Positions 39,437-50,259 of a stretch of 64,000 nucleotides of DNA are shown one piece after another (positions within the stretch are counted from its first letter, which is position 1; each line of letters starts with the position of its first letter). A program made the translations under genes and the position numbers. The notes below the pieces were generated by a model, which saw only the letters and a program-made list of their open reading frames with translations, made no database searches and was not told the origin of the DNA. This stretch comes from an uncultured Planctomycetota bacterium (GTDB lineage: Bacteria; Planctomycetota; PLA2; JAEUHO01). The stretch lies in NCBI GenBank assembly GCA_963752285.1, contig CAVVXN010000005.1, positions 1,792,001-1,856,000 on the forward strand, written 5' to 3'.

Positions 39437-40315
39437 CTACGCCGGGGACTCCGGCCCCGCGCCCTCGGACCCCGTATCCGTCCCGCCCGTGCGGCGACGC
39501 TCGGCCTCCTCGCGCAAGCGGCGCTGCCACTCGGCGGTGACCTGCTGGCGCTGGCGGTCCGCCTCGCGGCGCGCGTCTTCCTCGCGCTGCCGGTCGGCCT
39601 CGACCTTCTCGCGCTCGGCGACGACGGCGCCCCAGGCGCGCGAACCCTCCTCGACGGCGTCCGCGAGCTTGTCGAGGACCAGGCGGACGGACCGCATGGC
39701 GTCGTCGTTGCCCGGGATCGGGATGTCCACCAGGTCCGGGTCGCAGTCGGTGTCGAGCAGCGCGACCACGGGGATCGACGTCTTGTTGCTCTCGGCGACG
39801 GCGATGTGCTCGTGCTTCGGGTCCACCACGACGATGACGGCCGGCACCTTCTCGAGGTCGCGGATGCCCTCCAGGTTCTTGAGGATCTTCCGCTTCTCGG
39901 TGCGGTGGCGCGCCTGCGCCTTCTTCTTCATCGCCCCGACGATGCCGCTCTGCTCCTCGTCCTCGAGCTCCTGGAGCCGGGCGAGACGACTGCGGATCGT
40001 CTGGAAGTTCGTCAGCGTCCCGCCGAGCCACCGGCCCGTGACGTAGGGCATGCTCGTACGCGTCGCGACCGCACGCACGGCTTCGCGCGCCGAGCGCTTC
40101 GTGCCCACCCACAGGATCTTCCCGCCCTCGGAGCTCACGTTCTTCAGGTAGTTGCTCGCCCGAACGAGGCCGCGCACCGTGGACTTCAGGTCGATGATGT
40201 GGATGGCGTTGCGCTTCCCGTGGATGAACGGGCGCATCTTGGGGTTCCACCGGCTGGCGCGGTGGCCGAAGTGGACCCCGTTCTCGAGCAGGGCGTCGAC
40301 GGTGATCGAGGACAA
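39437..40315 (-). CDS. rpsB: 30S ribosomal protein S2
   Basis: LLENGVHFGH, RWLGGTLTNF, IPGNDDA. TTG start with AGGAG upstream. Confidence 0.96.
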   Translation of the reverse strand: MSSITVDALLENGVHFGHRASRWNPKMRPFIHGKRNAIHIIDLKSTVRGLVRASNYLKNVSSEGGKILWVGTKRSAREAVRAVATRTSMPYVTGRWLGGTLTNFQTIRSRLARLQELEDEEQSGIVGAMKKKAQARHRTEKRKILKNLEGIRDLEKVPAVIVVVDPKHEHIAVAESNKTSIPVVALLDTDCDPDLVDIPIPGNDDAMRSVRLVLDKLADAVEEGSRAWGAVVAEREKVEADRQREEDARREADRQRQQVTAEWQRRLREEAERRRTGGTDTGSEGAGPESPA

Positions 40316-40415
40316 GGAGGCTCCTAGCGCGCCGGCCGATGGCGCACGATTGGCGGCACGCCGGCCGAGAGGCCGACGGACCCACCCGCACGCCCGGTGC
40401 GGATGGAAGGCGACG

Positions 40416-40443
40416 AGTGTAGCGGTCCCCCAAGGGAGGTCAA
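40416..40443 (-). promoter_or_regulatory. Sigma70-like promoter of rpsB-tsf-pyrH-frr
   Basis: Minus strand TTGACC-N16-TACACT about 100 nt upstream of rpsB. Confidence 0.65.
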
Positions 40444-40515
40444 GGGGGGCGCGAGCGCGTAAGTGCGGCGCGGCGAACAGGTTGCGTCCGTCCCTCCGGC
40501 CGCCGCCGTGGGCCC

Positions 40516-41622
40516 CTACCCTACGGCGTCGGGACGGCGCCGCGCGGCCGGGATCTCGCGCCGGCCGAGGTCCAGCAGGATCCGCTCGGCCAGGCGCAGG
40601 GCCCTCAGCCCCTCGCCGCCGCCGACCCGGGCCCGGCGTCCCGTCCGGATCGCGTCCACGAGGGCCACGATCTCCTCGCGAAGCGGTTCCGCGTCGCCGA
40701 TCTCGAGCGGCTCCACGAGGAAGCCCTTCGGCAGGGACGGGGCCTCGAAGACCTCCCGCTTCAAGCGCTCGAGTGCGCGGTCGATCTCGCCCCCCGCCTC
40801 CTCGAGGACCCGGCGGACGCGGGCCCAGGAGGCGACGGAGCGGCTCCCGCCCTCGTCGGGCCGCGGCGGCACGACCAGGAGCGCCTGCCGGGCGTCGTAG
40901 TCGAGCGCGAGGTACCCGTCGCGCGAGAAGATCCGGAACCGCCGCATGCGGTGCAGCGACACGCGGCTCGCCGTCACGTTGGCCACGCAGCCGGAGGGGA
41001 ACGTGATCCGGGCGTTCGCGAGGTCCTCGTGGGGACCGACGACGGGCACGCCCACCGCCTCCACCCGCTCGGCCTCCTCCCCCACGACGTGGTTGAGGAG
41101 ATCGAGGTCGTGGATCATCATGTCCATCACGACGCCCACGTCGGCGCCGCGGTGGGGATAGGGGGCGAGACGGTGCACCTCGACGAACGCCGGCGCCGCG
41201 CCGAGCCGACCGAGGGCGCTCATGACGGGGTTGAAGCGCTCGACCAGCCCGACCTGGAGCACGGCGTTTCCCGCCTTGGCCGCCTCCATCAGCGCCTCGG
41301 CGTCCGCGCTGCTCCCCGCGAGCGGCTTCTCGACGAGACAGTGGACGCCCCGGCGCAGCAAGGGCTCGGCGATCCTGCGGTGGTCCACGGTGGGCACGGC
41401 GACCGAGACGACGTCCACCGGCTCGGGCAGCTCGCTCACGCAACGTACGAGCGGCACGCCGAGCCGCTCCGCGACCTCCTTCGGCGGGCCCGGGTCGATG
41501 TCCACGAGCCCCACGAGGCGGACGCCTCCGTGGGTCTGCTCGATCTCGCGGTAGATGCGTGCGTGGTGGCGCCCGAAGGCGCCGACGCCGATCACGGCCG
41601 CCCGGAGGACGCCCGGCGTCAC
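40516..41622 (-). CDS. Gfo/Idh/MocA oxidoreductase, GnnA-like (candidate UDP-GlcNAc 3-dehydrogenase)
   Basis: VIGVGAFG, LVEKP, ERFNP, DMMIHDLD, TASRVS; translationally coupled to lpxA. Confidence 0.8.
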   Translation of the reverse strand: MTPGVLRAAVIGVGAFGRHHARIYREIEQTHGGVRLVGLVDIDPGPPKEVAERLGVPLVRCVSELPEPVDVVSVAVPTVDHRRIAEPLLRRGVHCLVEKPLAGSSADAEALMEAAKAGNAVLQVGLVERFNPVMSALGRLGAAPAFVEVHRLAPYPHRGADVGVVMDMMIHDLDLLNHVVGEEAERVEAVGVPVVGPHEDLANARITFPSGCVANVTASRVSLHRMRRFRIFSRDGYLALDYDARQALLVVPPRPDEGGSRSVASWARVRRVLEEAGGEIDRALERLKREVFEAPSLPKGFLVEPLEIGDAEPLREEIVALVDAIRTGRRARVGGGEGLRALRLAERILLDLGRREIPAARRRPDAVG

Positions 41623-42427
41623 GGCGCGCGCCCCGCGTGCTCGGCCGCGCGCCCCTGACGTCCGACGGCCGCCGCGCGGATCGAGTGGACGAGCTCCGCG
41701 AGGAGGGCGTCGTCGGGATGCTCGGCCTCGAGCCGGGCGACGGCCGAGGACGCGCTCTCCTTCTCCGACACGAGGATCTCCCAGACCGCGCGACGCAGGA
41801 GCTCGACCTGGCGCGGCCCGATCCCGGCGCGCTGCATCCCCACGACGTTCGCACCCCGCACGCGGGCGGGATGGCCCTCGACGACCGTGAACGGGTGCAC
41901 GTCGTTCACGATCCGGGTGAGGCCGCCCACGTACGCGAGGCGCCCCACGGTCGTGAAGTGGTGGCACGCGCTGGCCCCGTTCAGCGTCGCGCGGTCGCCG
42001 ACGCGGACGTGCCCGGCCAGGAGCACGTGGTTGGCCAGGATCACGCGGTCGCCGACGTGACAGTCGTGCGCGACGTGAGAGCCGACCATGAACAAGCCGT
42101 CCGAGCCGACGCGGGTCGTCCCCCCCCGCTGGCGGTCCCGGCGTGCACCGTCACGTGCTCGCGGAACCGGTTCCGGTCTCCGATCACGAGTCGTGTCCTC
42201 GATCCGTCGTGCTTCAGGTCCTGCGGCTCGCCGCCGAGGACCGCGCCTGGATGTACGACGTTCTCCTCGCCGAGCGTCGTGTCGCCACGGATCACGGCGT
42301 GCGCGTGGACCTGGCACCCCGCGCCGAGGCGGACCGGGCCCTCCACGACCGCGTACGGACCGATCACGACGTCCGGGCCGAGGTCGGCCTCGGGCGATAC
42401 GACGGCGGTGGGGTGGATCCGTGTCAT
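41619..42427 (-). CDS. lpxA: UDP-N-acetylglucosamine acyltransferase LpxA, frameshifted at a G8 tract (42120-42127)
   Basis: [28 protein letters not shown] in one frame; TRVGSD, SHVAHDC, LAGHV in the other. One extra G joins them. Confidence 0.9.
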
Positions 42428-42471
42428 GGGGTGAGGGGGGCCGGGGGGCAGGGGGGGCTCGGGCTCTCTCG

Positions 42472-43782
42472 TCAGGCGCCCTGGGCGTCCGTCAGGGCGA
42501 AGTTCAGCCGGCACTCCGAGGCCAGGGCGCGACCGACGTGTGCGCGACACTGTACGCGTCCGCGCGACCCGGCCAAACGGACGGTCTCGGCCTCGAGACG
42601 GAGCTGGTCGCCGGGCACCACGGCGCGGCGGAACTTCACGCGGTCGATCGAGAGGAGGACCGGGAGCTTCCCGGTCAGCTCCAGCTTCCGGAGGAGGAGC
42701 AGGCCCGCGAGCTGGGCCATCGCCTCGATCACGAGCACGCCCGGCATGATCGGCTGTTCGGGGTAGTGGCCCGTGAAGTACGGCTCGTTCAGCGTGACGT
42801 TCTTGATGCCGACCGCCCGCTGGAAACCCTCGACCGAGATCACCCGGTCCACGAGGAGGAACGGGTAGCGGTGCGGGAGGATGCGCCGGATCTGCGCGTG
42901 CGTCATGGCCGGCGAGCCGAGGCCGAGGGGGCCCTCCTCGGGAGGAGGCCCCGAGGCGAGGGCGCGCACCAGGGAGAGGTTCGCGGCGTGTCCCGTGCGG
43001 TACGCGTGGACGTGGCCGACCACGTCGGCGCCCACCAGGAAGAGGTCGCCGAGGAGGTCGAGGAGCTTGTGGCGCGCGAACTCGTCGGGCCAGCGCGGCT
43101 CGTTCTCGATCACTCCCTCGTCGCCGATCACGAGCGTGTTCGCGTACGTCGCGCCCTTGCCGAGGCCCGCCTCGCGGAGCGCCTCCGCCTCCGCCGCGAG
43201 GCAGAAGGTCCGCGCGCCCGCCACGTCGGCGCAGAAGCGCTCGGGGGTCACGGCGAGGGACACGGCCTGCCGGCCGACCCAGCTCGAGCCGTAGTCGAGC
43301 GTGTACGAGACGGACAGGCCCTCGCCCCCCGCGATCGCCACGAGCGCCTGGCCCGGGCCCGCGGTCGCGGTGACGGGCGCCGTCACGACCCGCGTGGGCC
43401 GGACCTTGTCGAGCGTCCGCGCCCCGAGCCCCTGGAGCAGCGCCGCGAACTCGGCGGCCGAGCCGTCCATCCCGGGGCACTCGGGACCGTCGAGCGTGAC
43501 GAGGAGGTTGTCGATCCCGAGCCCCGTGCAGCAGGCGAGGAAGTGCTCGACGGTGTGGACCTCGGCGCCGCCCGCCGCCACGAGCGCGGTGCGCCGCTGC
43601 CGGACGCCGAGGTGGTCGGCGTCCGCCCGGACGCGCGGAGACCCCGCGAGGTCCGTGCGCACGAACACGACGCCGTGGTCCGCCTCGGCCGGCGCGACCC
43701 GGAGCGTGGTCCGCTCCCCGGAGTGGAGTCCCACCCCGGAGACCTCGCCCTCGCCGCCGACGGTCCGCTGCGGTCGCGCCAC
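42472..43782 (-). CDS. lpxC: Bifunctional LpxC deacetylase / FabZ dehydratase fusion
   Basis: [29 protein letters not shown] followed by [24 protein letters not shown]. Confidence 0.94.
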   Translation of the reverse strand: MARPQRTVGGEGEVSGVGLHSGERTTLRVAPAEADHGVVFVRTDLAGSPRVRADADHLGVRQRRTALVAAGGAEVHTVEHFLACCTGLGIDNLLVTLDGPECPGMDGSAAEFAALLQGLGARTLDKVRPTRVVTAPVTATAGPGQALVAIAGGEGLSVSYTLDYGSSWVGRQAVSLAVTPERFCADVAGARTFCLAAEAEALREAGLGKGATYANTLVIGDEGVIENEPRWPDEFARHKLLDLLGDLFLVGADVVGHVHAYRTGHAANLSLVRALASGPPPEEGPLGLGSPAMTHAQIRRILPHRYPFLLVDRVISVEGFQRAVGIKNVTLNEPYFTGHYPEQPIMPGVLVIEAMAQLAGLLLLRKLELTGKLPVLLSIDRVKFRRAVVPGDQLRLEAETVRLAGSRGRVQCRAHVGRALASECRLNFALTDAQGA

Positions 43783-43801
43783 GCTGACTCCCGGTCGCCC
43801 C

Positions 43802-44063
43802 CTAGCCCTGATGACCCATGAAGCACGCGACGTGTTCGACGGAAGCGTCGATGCAAGCTCGAGTTGCGACCGCGGGGCGATCACGCCTTCGCCGAGAGGG
43901 TGTCCTGCGTGCGCCCGGGCCCCGAGGGCAAGGCGTGAGGAGGAGGCGCCCCCCCGTCCATGCCTGGGATTGGGGGTCGCCGACGACGAACGACGCCGCC
44001 ATCGGGGTTCTGGCGTATGCAGGGCCACGTGATTCACGAAGGTTCATGGGTCATGCGGGCTAG
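43802..44063. mobile_element. MITE-like element (254 bp) with 17-bp terminal inverted repeats, flanked by CTAG duplications
   Basis: CCCTGATGACCCATGAA (43806-43822) vs reverse complement of 44043-44059, CCCGCATGACCCATGAA: 15/17 identical. CTAG at 43802-43805 and 44060-44063. Confidence 0.75.
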
Positions 44064-44731
44064 CGGGGCGGCTTGGGACCGGTCGGCGCGGGCCCGCCCG
44101 ACGGAGGCGCGCTCCGGCCGGGGGGGCTCCCGCTCGGCGGCGGAGATCCCGCCGGAGCGGCGCCGCCGCCGGGGGCCCGCGTCGGGAACATGTCGCGGAT
44201 CTTCGCGGTGATGTCGAGGGTGTCGTCCGAGTACACGACGCCGCGGAGCCGGACCTTCGCGCCGAAGTCGTTCACGTCGGCCGCGTCGAGCTGGATCTCC
44301 GACTTCAGGAGGACGAGACGGATCCCGTGCTCTCGGGCGTACCGCTGCACGAGGCTGTGCACGGCGCTGTAGAGCGACTCGAGGCCCTCCATGTACCTGC
44401 GGACCGCCTCCTGCTGGCGCCAGTCGATCTCGAACTTCAGGAAGTTCTGTCGGGACAGGAACTCCTTCTCCTTGTTGCGCCGGTCGGGCGAGTTCCGCGG
44501 GAGGAGCTCGAGCGAGGACTTCAGCTGGAGGAGCGCCTTCGTCTCCTTGTCGGCGAACGCCTCGGCGTCGGCCTTGTCCTGGTCGAACTGGCTGTTGATC
44601 TCGTGCGCGCGCGGGTGGTGCTGGATCAGGTCCACCATGTCCACGACCGCGACGTCGTCCGTGCCGGCCGCCCGGGCCGGGGGGGCGAACCAGAGGAACG
44701 CGACGAGGGGAACGAGGAAGAGACGCTTCAT
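44060..44731 (-). CDS. skp: OmpH/Skp-family outer membrane chaperone
   Basis: Signal peptide, VAVVDM, helical body, YAREHGIRLVL, LDITAKI; follows bamA. Confidence 0.85.
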   Translation of the reverse strand: MKRLFLVPLVAFLWFAPPARAAGTDDVAVVDMVDLIQHHPRAHEINSQFDQDKADAEAFADKETKALLQLKSSLELLPRNSPDRRNKEKEFLSRQNFLKFEIDWRQQEAVRRYMEGLESLYSAVHSLVQRYAREHGIRLVLLKSEIQLDAADVNDFGAKVRLRGVVYSDDTLDITAKIRDMFPTRAPGGGAAPAGSPPPSGSPPGRSAPPSGGPAPTGPKPPR

Positions 44732-44802
44732 GGGATCTCCCGGAGCGGATACGAACGATCACGGCCACCGCGGGTCGGTCTTCGACCGGACCCGCGACAA
44801 CG

Positions 44803-47658
44803 CTAGAAGTCCCGGCCGACGGAGAACGATATCAGACTCCTCTCGTCTCCGTGCTGGCTGACGAGCGGGAAGCCGAAGTCGAGGGCGAGCGGGGTCGGCC
44901 CGAGGACCGGGATCCGAAGCCGCATCCCGAAGCCGATCGAGGCGCGCCAGAGCCCGCTGTCGGACGAGTCGATGTTCGTGGCGAGCGTCCCCGTGTCGAG
45001 GAACCCGACCACGCCGAGGGTGTCCTTGACGATCGGGTACAGGTACTCCGCGGACGCGAGCATCATCCACTCGCCACCCGTCGGCCGCCCGCCGATGTGC
45101 GGGCCGACGCCGCGGTAGGCGAACCCCCTCAGCCGGCTGCCGCCGAGGTAGAAGCGCTCGTAGGGCGGGACCTCGGGCGTGTCGCCGAACGCGTGGGCCC
45201 AGCCGAGCTCGCCCCGGAGCGTGAGCGTCTGCCGCTTTCCCTCCTCGTCGGTCGCGAGCACGAACCAGTGCTCGTGGACGAAGCCGATCTTGTCGAAGTC
45301 CACCTCGCCGCCGAGCACGCCGCCGGCCAGCTCGCCCTGGAGCGTGGTGGTCGTGGTGTGCTTGGGAAGGACCAGGTCGTCGGTGGTCCTGAGCGAGAGC
45401 TCGCCGCTCAGCGCGCGGAGCTCGTCGTGGCCCTGGAACAGGAACGCGCCGGGAACGGCGCCCGGGTTCACGTCGCGGACGCCGACGTCCTGGTGCTGCC
45501 ACGTGAGGCGCGCGGAGAGGACGCGATGGTCTTCGAGGTCCTCGTACAGCGGGTAGCCGAGCGAGACCCCGTAGCCCAGGCGGTCGGACGTCCAGTTCTC
45601 CCAGTACGTGATGCGGTCGTACACCTGGACGCCCAGCGAGAGATGGCTTCCGAAGAGCCGCGGCTCCTCGAACGCGACCTGGAACTGGCTCTCGACCGTC
45701 CCCGGCGCGATGAAGATGTCCAGGCGCTGCCCGGCGCCCGTGAACGCGCGGCGGGTCAGGAGCTCCGAGAACGACCGGGGCCATCGCGTGATGTCGAAGT
45801 TGCGCTTCGAGAAGCTGACGGAGCCGACGACGCCTCCGTCCGTGGACACGCCCACGCCGAAGTTGAGCTTCCCGGTGGACCCCTCCACGACCTCGTACCG
45901 AACGTCCTTCCAGGCGGGCCGGACCTCGCCGGCCGGGTCACGGACCTCCTCGATCTGCATCGTGACGCGGTCGAAGTAGCCGAGCCCCTGCAACCTGGCG
46001 AGCGTCCGGTCGAGCTCGCGCCGGTCGATGTAGCCGCCCGGGAGCACGCGCGCCTCGCGGCGCAGGATCTTGTCGCGCGTGTACTCGTTGCCGACGAAGT
46101 CGAGGTGCCGGAGGCGGCTCTTCTCCTTCTCGCTCACGGTCAGGACGAGGTCCACGACGTTCTGGTGCTCGCGGCCCCGCCGCTCGGGCGGGTCCACCGA
46201 CGCGTCGATGTAGGAGCGCCGGAAGTACTCCTCGCGGATCTTCTGGATCCCCTTCTCCTCCACGAGCCCGTCGTACGGCTGACCGGGGACGAGGCCGAGC
46301 CAGCAGCGGATCCGGTCCTCCGTGAACCACTGCACGTCCTCGGGCGGCGGGCTTCCCGGCTCCCCCGGCGAAACCCGCTCGATCACCACCCCGACGTCCC
46401 CGACGAGGTACCGCTGGTGCTCGACGATCGAGATCGTGATCGCCACGCGCGCCTTGTCGTCGGAGACGCGGAGGTCCTCGAGCACGACCTCGGCGTCTAG
46501 GTAGCCCGCGGCCTCGTAGCGCCGCTTCAGGGCCACCAGGTCCTCGAGGAGCGTCTCCATGCGAAACGTGGCCGACGAGAAGAACGGAATCGGCCCCTGC
46601 GCGTGCGTCTGCATGACGTCGAGCAGCGTCTTTCGGGCCACGTGCGCATTGCCCCGGAACGCGATCTGCTGGACCTTGACCTCGGGTCCCTCGACGATCG
46701 TGAAGTCCACGCGCCGGCCGCCGCCCGGCAACTCGGTGATCACGGGCTCGGGCACCTGCGCGAAGTAGTAGCCGCGCATCTTGTAGGCCGCGACGATGTC
46801 CTCGGCGTCCGCGGCGAGCGCGTAGGGCAGGAGCGGGAACCCGACCTTCGTGCTCATCATGTCGCGGATCTCGGAGGCGTCGATGGCCTCCGCGCCGTAG
46901 ATGTTCAACTCGACGACGAGCGGGCTCTCCTTGACGAAGAAGTGGAGCACGACGCCGCCGGGCACCGTCTCCTCGGTGACCCGGACGCTCTCGAAGTACC
47001 GGTAGAGCGTCTGGATGTCCTCGTCGAGGCGCACCGGATCGAGCCGCCGCCCCTCCTCGGTCTTGAGGAGCACCTGGAGGCTCTGCCCCGCGAAGAGGGC
47101 CGTTCCCTCGAACACGATCCGGACGACGACGGGCTCGGCGCCGTTCACGCCGGCCGCGCCGGCCGGCGCGCTCGTTCCGGGCGCGCCGGGGCGCGTCGCC
47201 GCGGCGGACGGCGGGACGGCGCCGGCGGGCGCGACGGGAGGGGGCGACGCGGCCGCGGGGGTCGCCGGAGGTGGCGGCGGGAACGGCACGGGCGGCGCCG
47301 GCCCGGGCGCCGCGGCCGGCGCGGGCGGGGCGGGCGGGGCGGGCCCGCGCGGCGCCGGCGCCGCGACGGGCCGCGCGGCCGGGACGGTCGACGGCGCCGT
47401 TCCCACGGACGCCGGCGCGGGACGGGGCGGCGCCACGACGGGCGCCCCGGGGCCCGGGGGCGCGGGCTTCGCGCCCGCCCCCCCGCCCGCCTGTCCGGTG
47501 AGGGTTCGGACCACGGGCGGGGGCAGGGCCTTCGACCCCGCGTCTCCCTCGGCGCGGGCCGCCGGAGCGAGGAGGAGGACCAGGGCCGCGACCCCCGGTA
47601 CGACGACGGCGAACGAGCGAGACCACGGGTTGGACGGGGAGCGCCTACTCGGTCGCAA
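44803..47658 (-). CDS. bamA: Outer membrane protein assembly factor BamA with Pro/Ala-rich N-terminal linker
   Basis: POTRA repeats (GNEYTRDKILRRE), ERFYLGGSRLRGF, ALDFGFPL, terminal Phe. Start uncertain (TTG 47658 with GGAGG, or GTG 47718). Confidence 0.92.
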   Translation of the reverse strand: MRPSRRSPSNPWSRSFAVVVPGVAALVLLLAPAARAEGDAGSKALPPPVVRTLTGQAGGGAGAKPAPPGPGAPVVAPPRPAPASVGTAPSTVPAARPVAAPAPRGPAPPAPPAPAAAPGPAPPVPFPPPPPATPAAASPPPVAPAGAVPPSAAATRPGAPGTSAPAGAAGVNGAEPVVVRIVFEGTALFAGQSLQVLLKTEEGRRLDPVRLDEDIQTLYRYFESVRVTEETVPGGVVLHFFVKESPLVVELNIYGAEAIDASEIRDMMSTKVGFPLLPYALAADAEDIVAAYKMRGYYFAQVPEPVITELPGGGRRVDFTIVEGPEVKVQQIAFRGNAHVARKTLLDVMQTHAQGPIPFFSSATFRMETLLEDLVALKRRYEAAGYLDAEVVLEDLRVSDDKARVAITISIVEHQRYLVGDVGVVIERVSPGEPGSPPPEDVQWFTEDRIRCWLGLVPGQPYDGLVEEKGIQKIREEYFRRSYIDASVDPPERRGREHQNVVDLVLTVSEKEKSRLRHLDFVGNEYTRDKILRREARVLPGGYIDRRELDRTLARLQGLGYFDRVTMQIEEVRDPAGEVRPAWKDVRYEVVEGSTGKLNFGVGVSTDGGVVGSVSFSKRNFDITRWPRSFSELLTRRAFTGAGQRLDIFIAPGTVESQFQVAFEEPRLFGSHLSLGVQVYDRITYWENWTSDRLGYGVSLGYPLYEDLEDHRVLSARLTWQHQDVGVRDVNPGAVPGAFLFQGHDELRALSGELSLRTTDDLVLPKHTTTTTLQGELAGGVLGGEVDFDKIGFVHEHWFVLATDEEGKRQTLTLRGELGWAHAFGDTPEVPPYERFYLGGSRLRGFAYRGVGPHIGGRPTGGEWMMLASAEYLYPIVKDTLGVVGFLDTGTLATNIDSSDSGLWRASIGFGMRLRIPVLGPTPLALDFGFPLVSQHGDERSLISFSVGRDF

Positions 47659-47941
47659 GATCCGGTCGTCCTCCCTGGCCGCCGCGCCATGCTCGCCGCG
47701 ACGCTGTCGCGGCGCCACTCATGGCGCCACCCTCCGCCGTCGGCGCCCGGGCCGACGATTCTAGGTACGGCCCCGGGACCGGCGACGTTGGCTCCGAGGC
47801 GGAGCCGGGCGGTGACCCGGACCGTCCCCCGCGCGATGTACCGTCCGGGGTCGGGCGCGGGCCGGGCCCCGCCGCGGGGTTGACGGGCGGCCCCGGTCGT
47901 GGCAAAAGGCGATGGACGTAACCCGTTGTCACACACACACT

Positions 47942-47995
47942 TGTGTAGATCGTTGAGGAAAGTCCGTTGAGAACGGGTGGAGAGCGGGTGGGAAA
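47942..47995 (+). promoter_or_regulatory. Array of five co-oriented degenerate DnaA boxes upstream of dnaB
   Basis: TGTGTAGAT, TGAGGAAAG, CGTTGAGAA, GGTGGAGAG, GGTGGGAAA starting at 47942, 47954, 47965, 47976, 47987. Confidence 0.55.
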
Positions 47996-48016
47996 CCCGC
48001 TTCCGCCGACCGGCCC

Positions 48017-49399
<1,383 letters not shown>

Positions 49400-49435
49400 C
49401 CACGCGACGGGCGGGCGGCGCGCCTCCGGACCCGA

Positions 49436-49969
49436 TCAGACGGCGGGCGGCGGCGGCTCTTCGGCGGGCGGCGCGGCGGCGGCGCGCTCGGCGGCCTCCG
49501 CGGCCATGAACGCGGCCTCACGGGCGTCCTGCACGACCCACACCTTCACGGTGACGACGTGCTCGCGCGTGAGCGCGATCGGCGCCTCGTACTCGCCGAG
49601 CTCGCGGACGGGCTCGAAGCGGATCTGGCGCGTGTCCACCTGGATGCCCTCGTGCCCGAGCTGGTCGGCGACCTGCCGCGGCCCCACGGAGCCGTAGAGG
49701 TGGCCATCCTCCCCCGCACGGGCCTCGATCGTCAGGGTCAAGGACTCGAGGCGCTCGGCCATGTCGGCGCGCGCGCGCGCCTCCTCGGCCTCGCGAACCT
49801 CCTCGCGCGCCTTGTCCTTGTGGATCCGGCGCGTGGCGTCGGCGCTCACCAGGGCGGCCCAGCCCTTGGGGATCAAGAAGTTCCGCGCGTAACCGTTCCG
49901 GACGCGGACGACCTCGCCCACGCGGCCCACGCCCTCGATGCTCCGACGAAGTAGCACCTCGATCGCCAT
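49436..49969 (-). CDS. rplI: 50S ribosomal protein L9
   Basis: GEVVRVRNGYARNFLIP, GHLYGSV. Confidence 0.96.
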   Translation of the reverse strand: MAIEVLLRRSIEGVGRVGEVVRVRNGYARNFLIPKGWAALVSADATRRIHKDKAREEVREAEEARARADMAERLESLTLTIEARAGEDGHLYGSVGPRQVADQLGHEGIQVDTRQIRFEPVRELGEYEAPIALTREHVVTVKVWVVQDAREAAFMAAEAAERAAAAPPAEEPPPPAV

Positions 49970-49980
49970 GGCGTCCCCGT

Positions 49981-50253
49981 TCAGCGGCCCACGTAGGGCA
50001 GGAGGGCCAGGAAGCGCGCGCGCTTCACGGCCTCGCCGACATCGCGCTGGAAGTGCGCCATCGTGCCCGTGCGCTTGCGCCCGTAGAGCTTGCCCTGGGC
50101 GCTCACCATCTTCTGGAGCGTGGCGACGTCCTTGTAGTCCACGTACTCGACGCGCGCGCGGGTGAACCGGCACTTGTTGCCGGTCTGCCCGGTCTTCTTG
50201 AGGAGCTTCTTGAGCGCCTTGCTCCCGGCGGAGCTCTGCCTGGCCTTCCCCAT
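49981..50253 (-). CDS. rpsR: 30S ribosomal protein S18
   Basis: VDYKD, AVKRARFLALLPY. Confidence 0.95.
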   Translation of the reverse strand: MGKARQSSAGSKALKKLLKKTGQTGNKCRFTRARVEYVDYKDVATLQKMVSAQGKLYGRKRTGTMAHFQRDVGEAVKRARFLALLPYVGR

Positions 50254-50259
50254 GATCGA

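Noticed and set aside
38361..41854. Apparent long N-terminal extensions or fusions on tsf, rpsB and pyrH (also sufS, prs, arcC, fabG)
   Set aside because: ORF-track extensions through off-frame neighbouring genes; true starts with an RBS or stop/start overlap lie downstream
43802..44063. MITE insertion deleted lpxD
   Set aside because: The reconstructed empty site is a clean 19-nt skp-lpxC junction, so lpxD was already absent from this position
47720..48016. Chromosomal origin oriC
   Set aside because: No dnaA or dnaN nearby, no perfect DnaA box and no clear AT-rich unwinding element; kept only as a regulatory array
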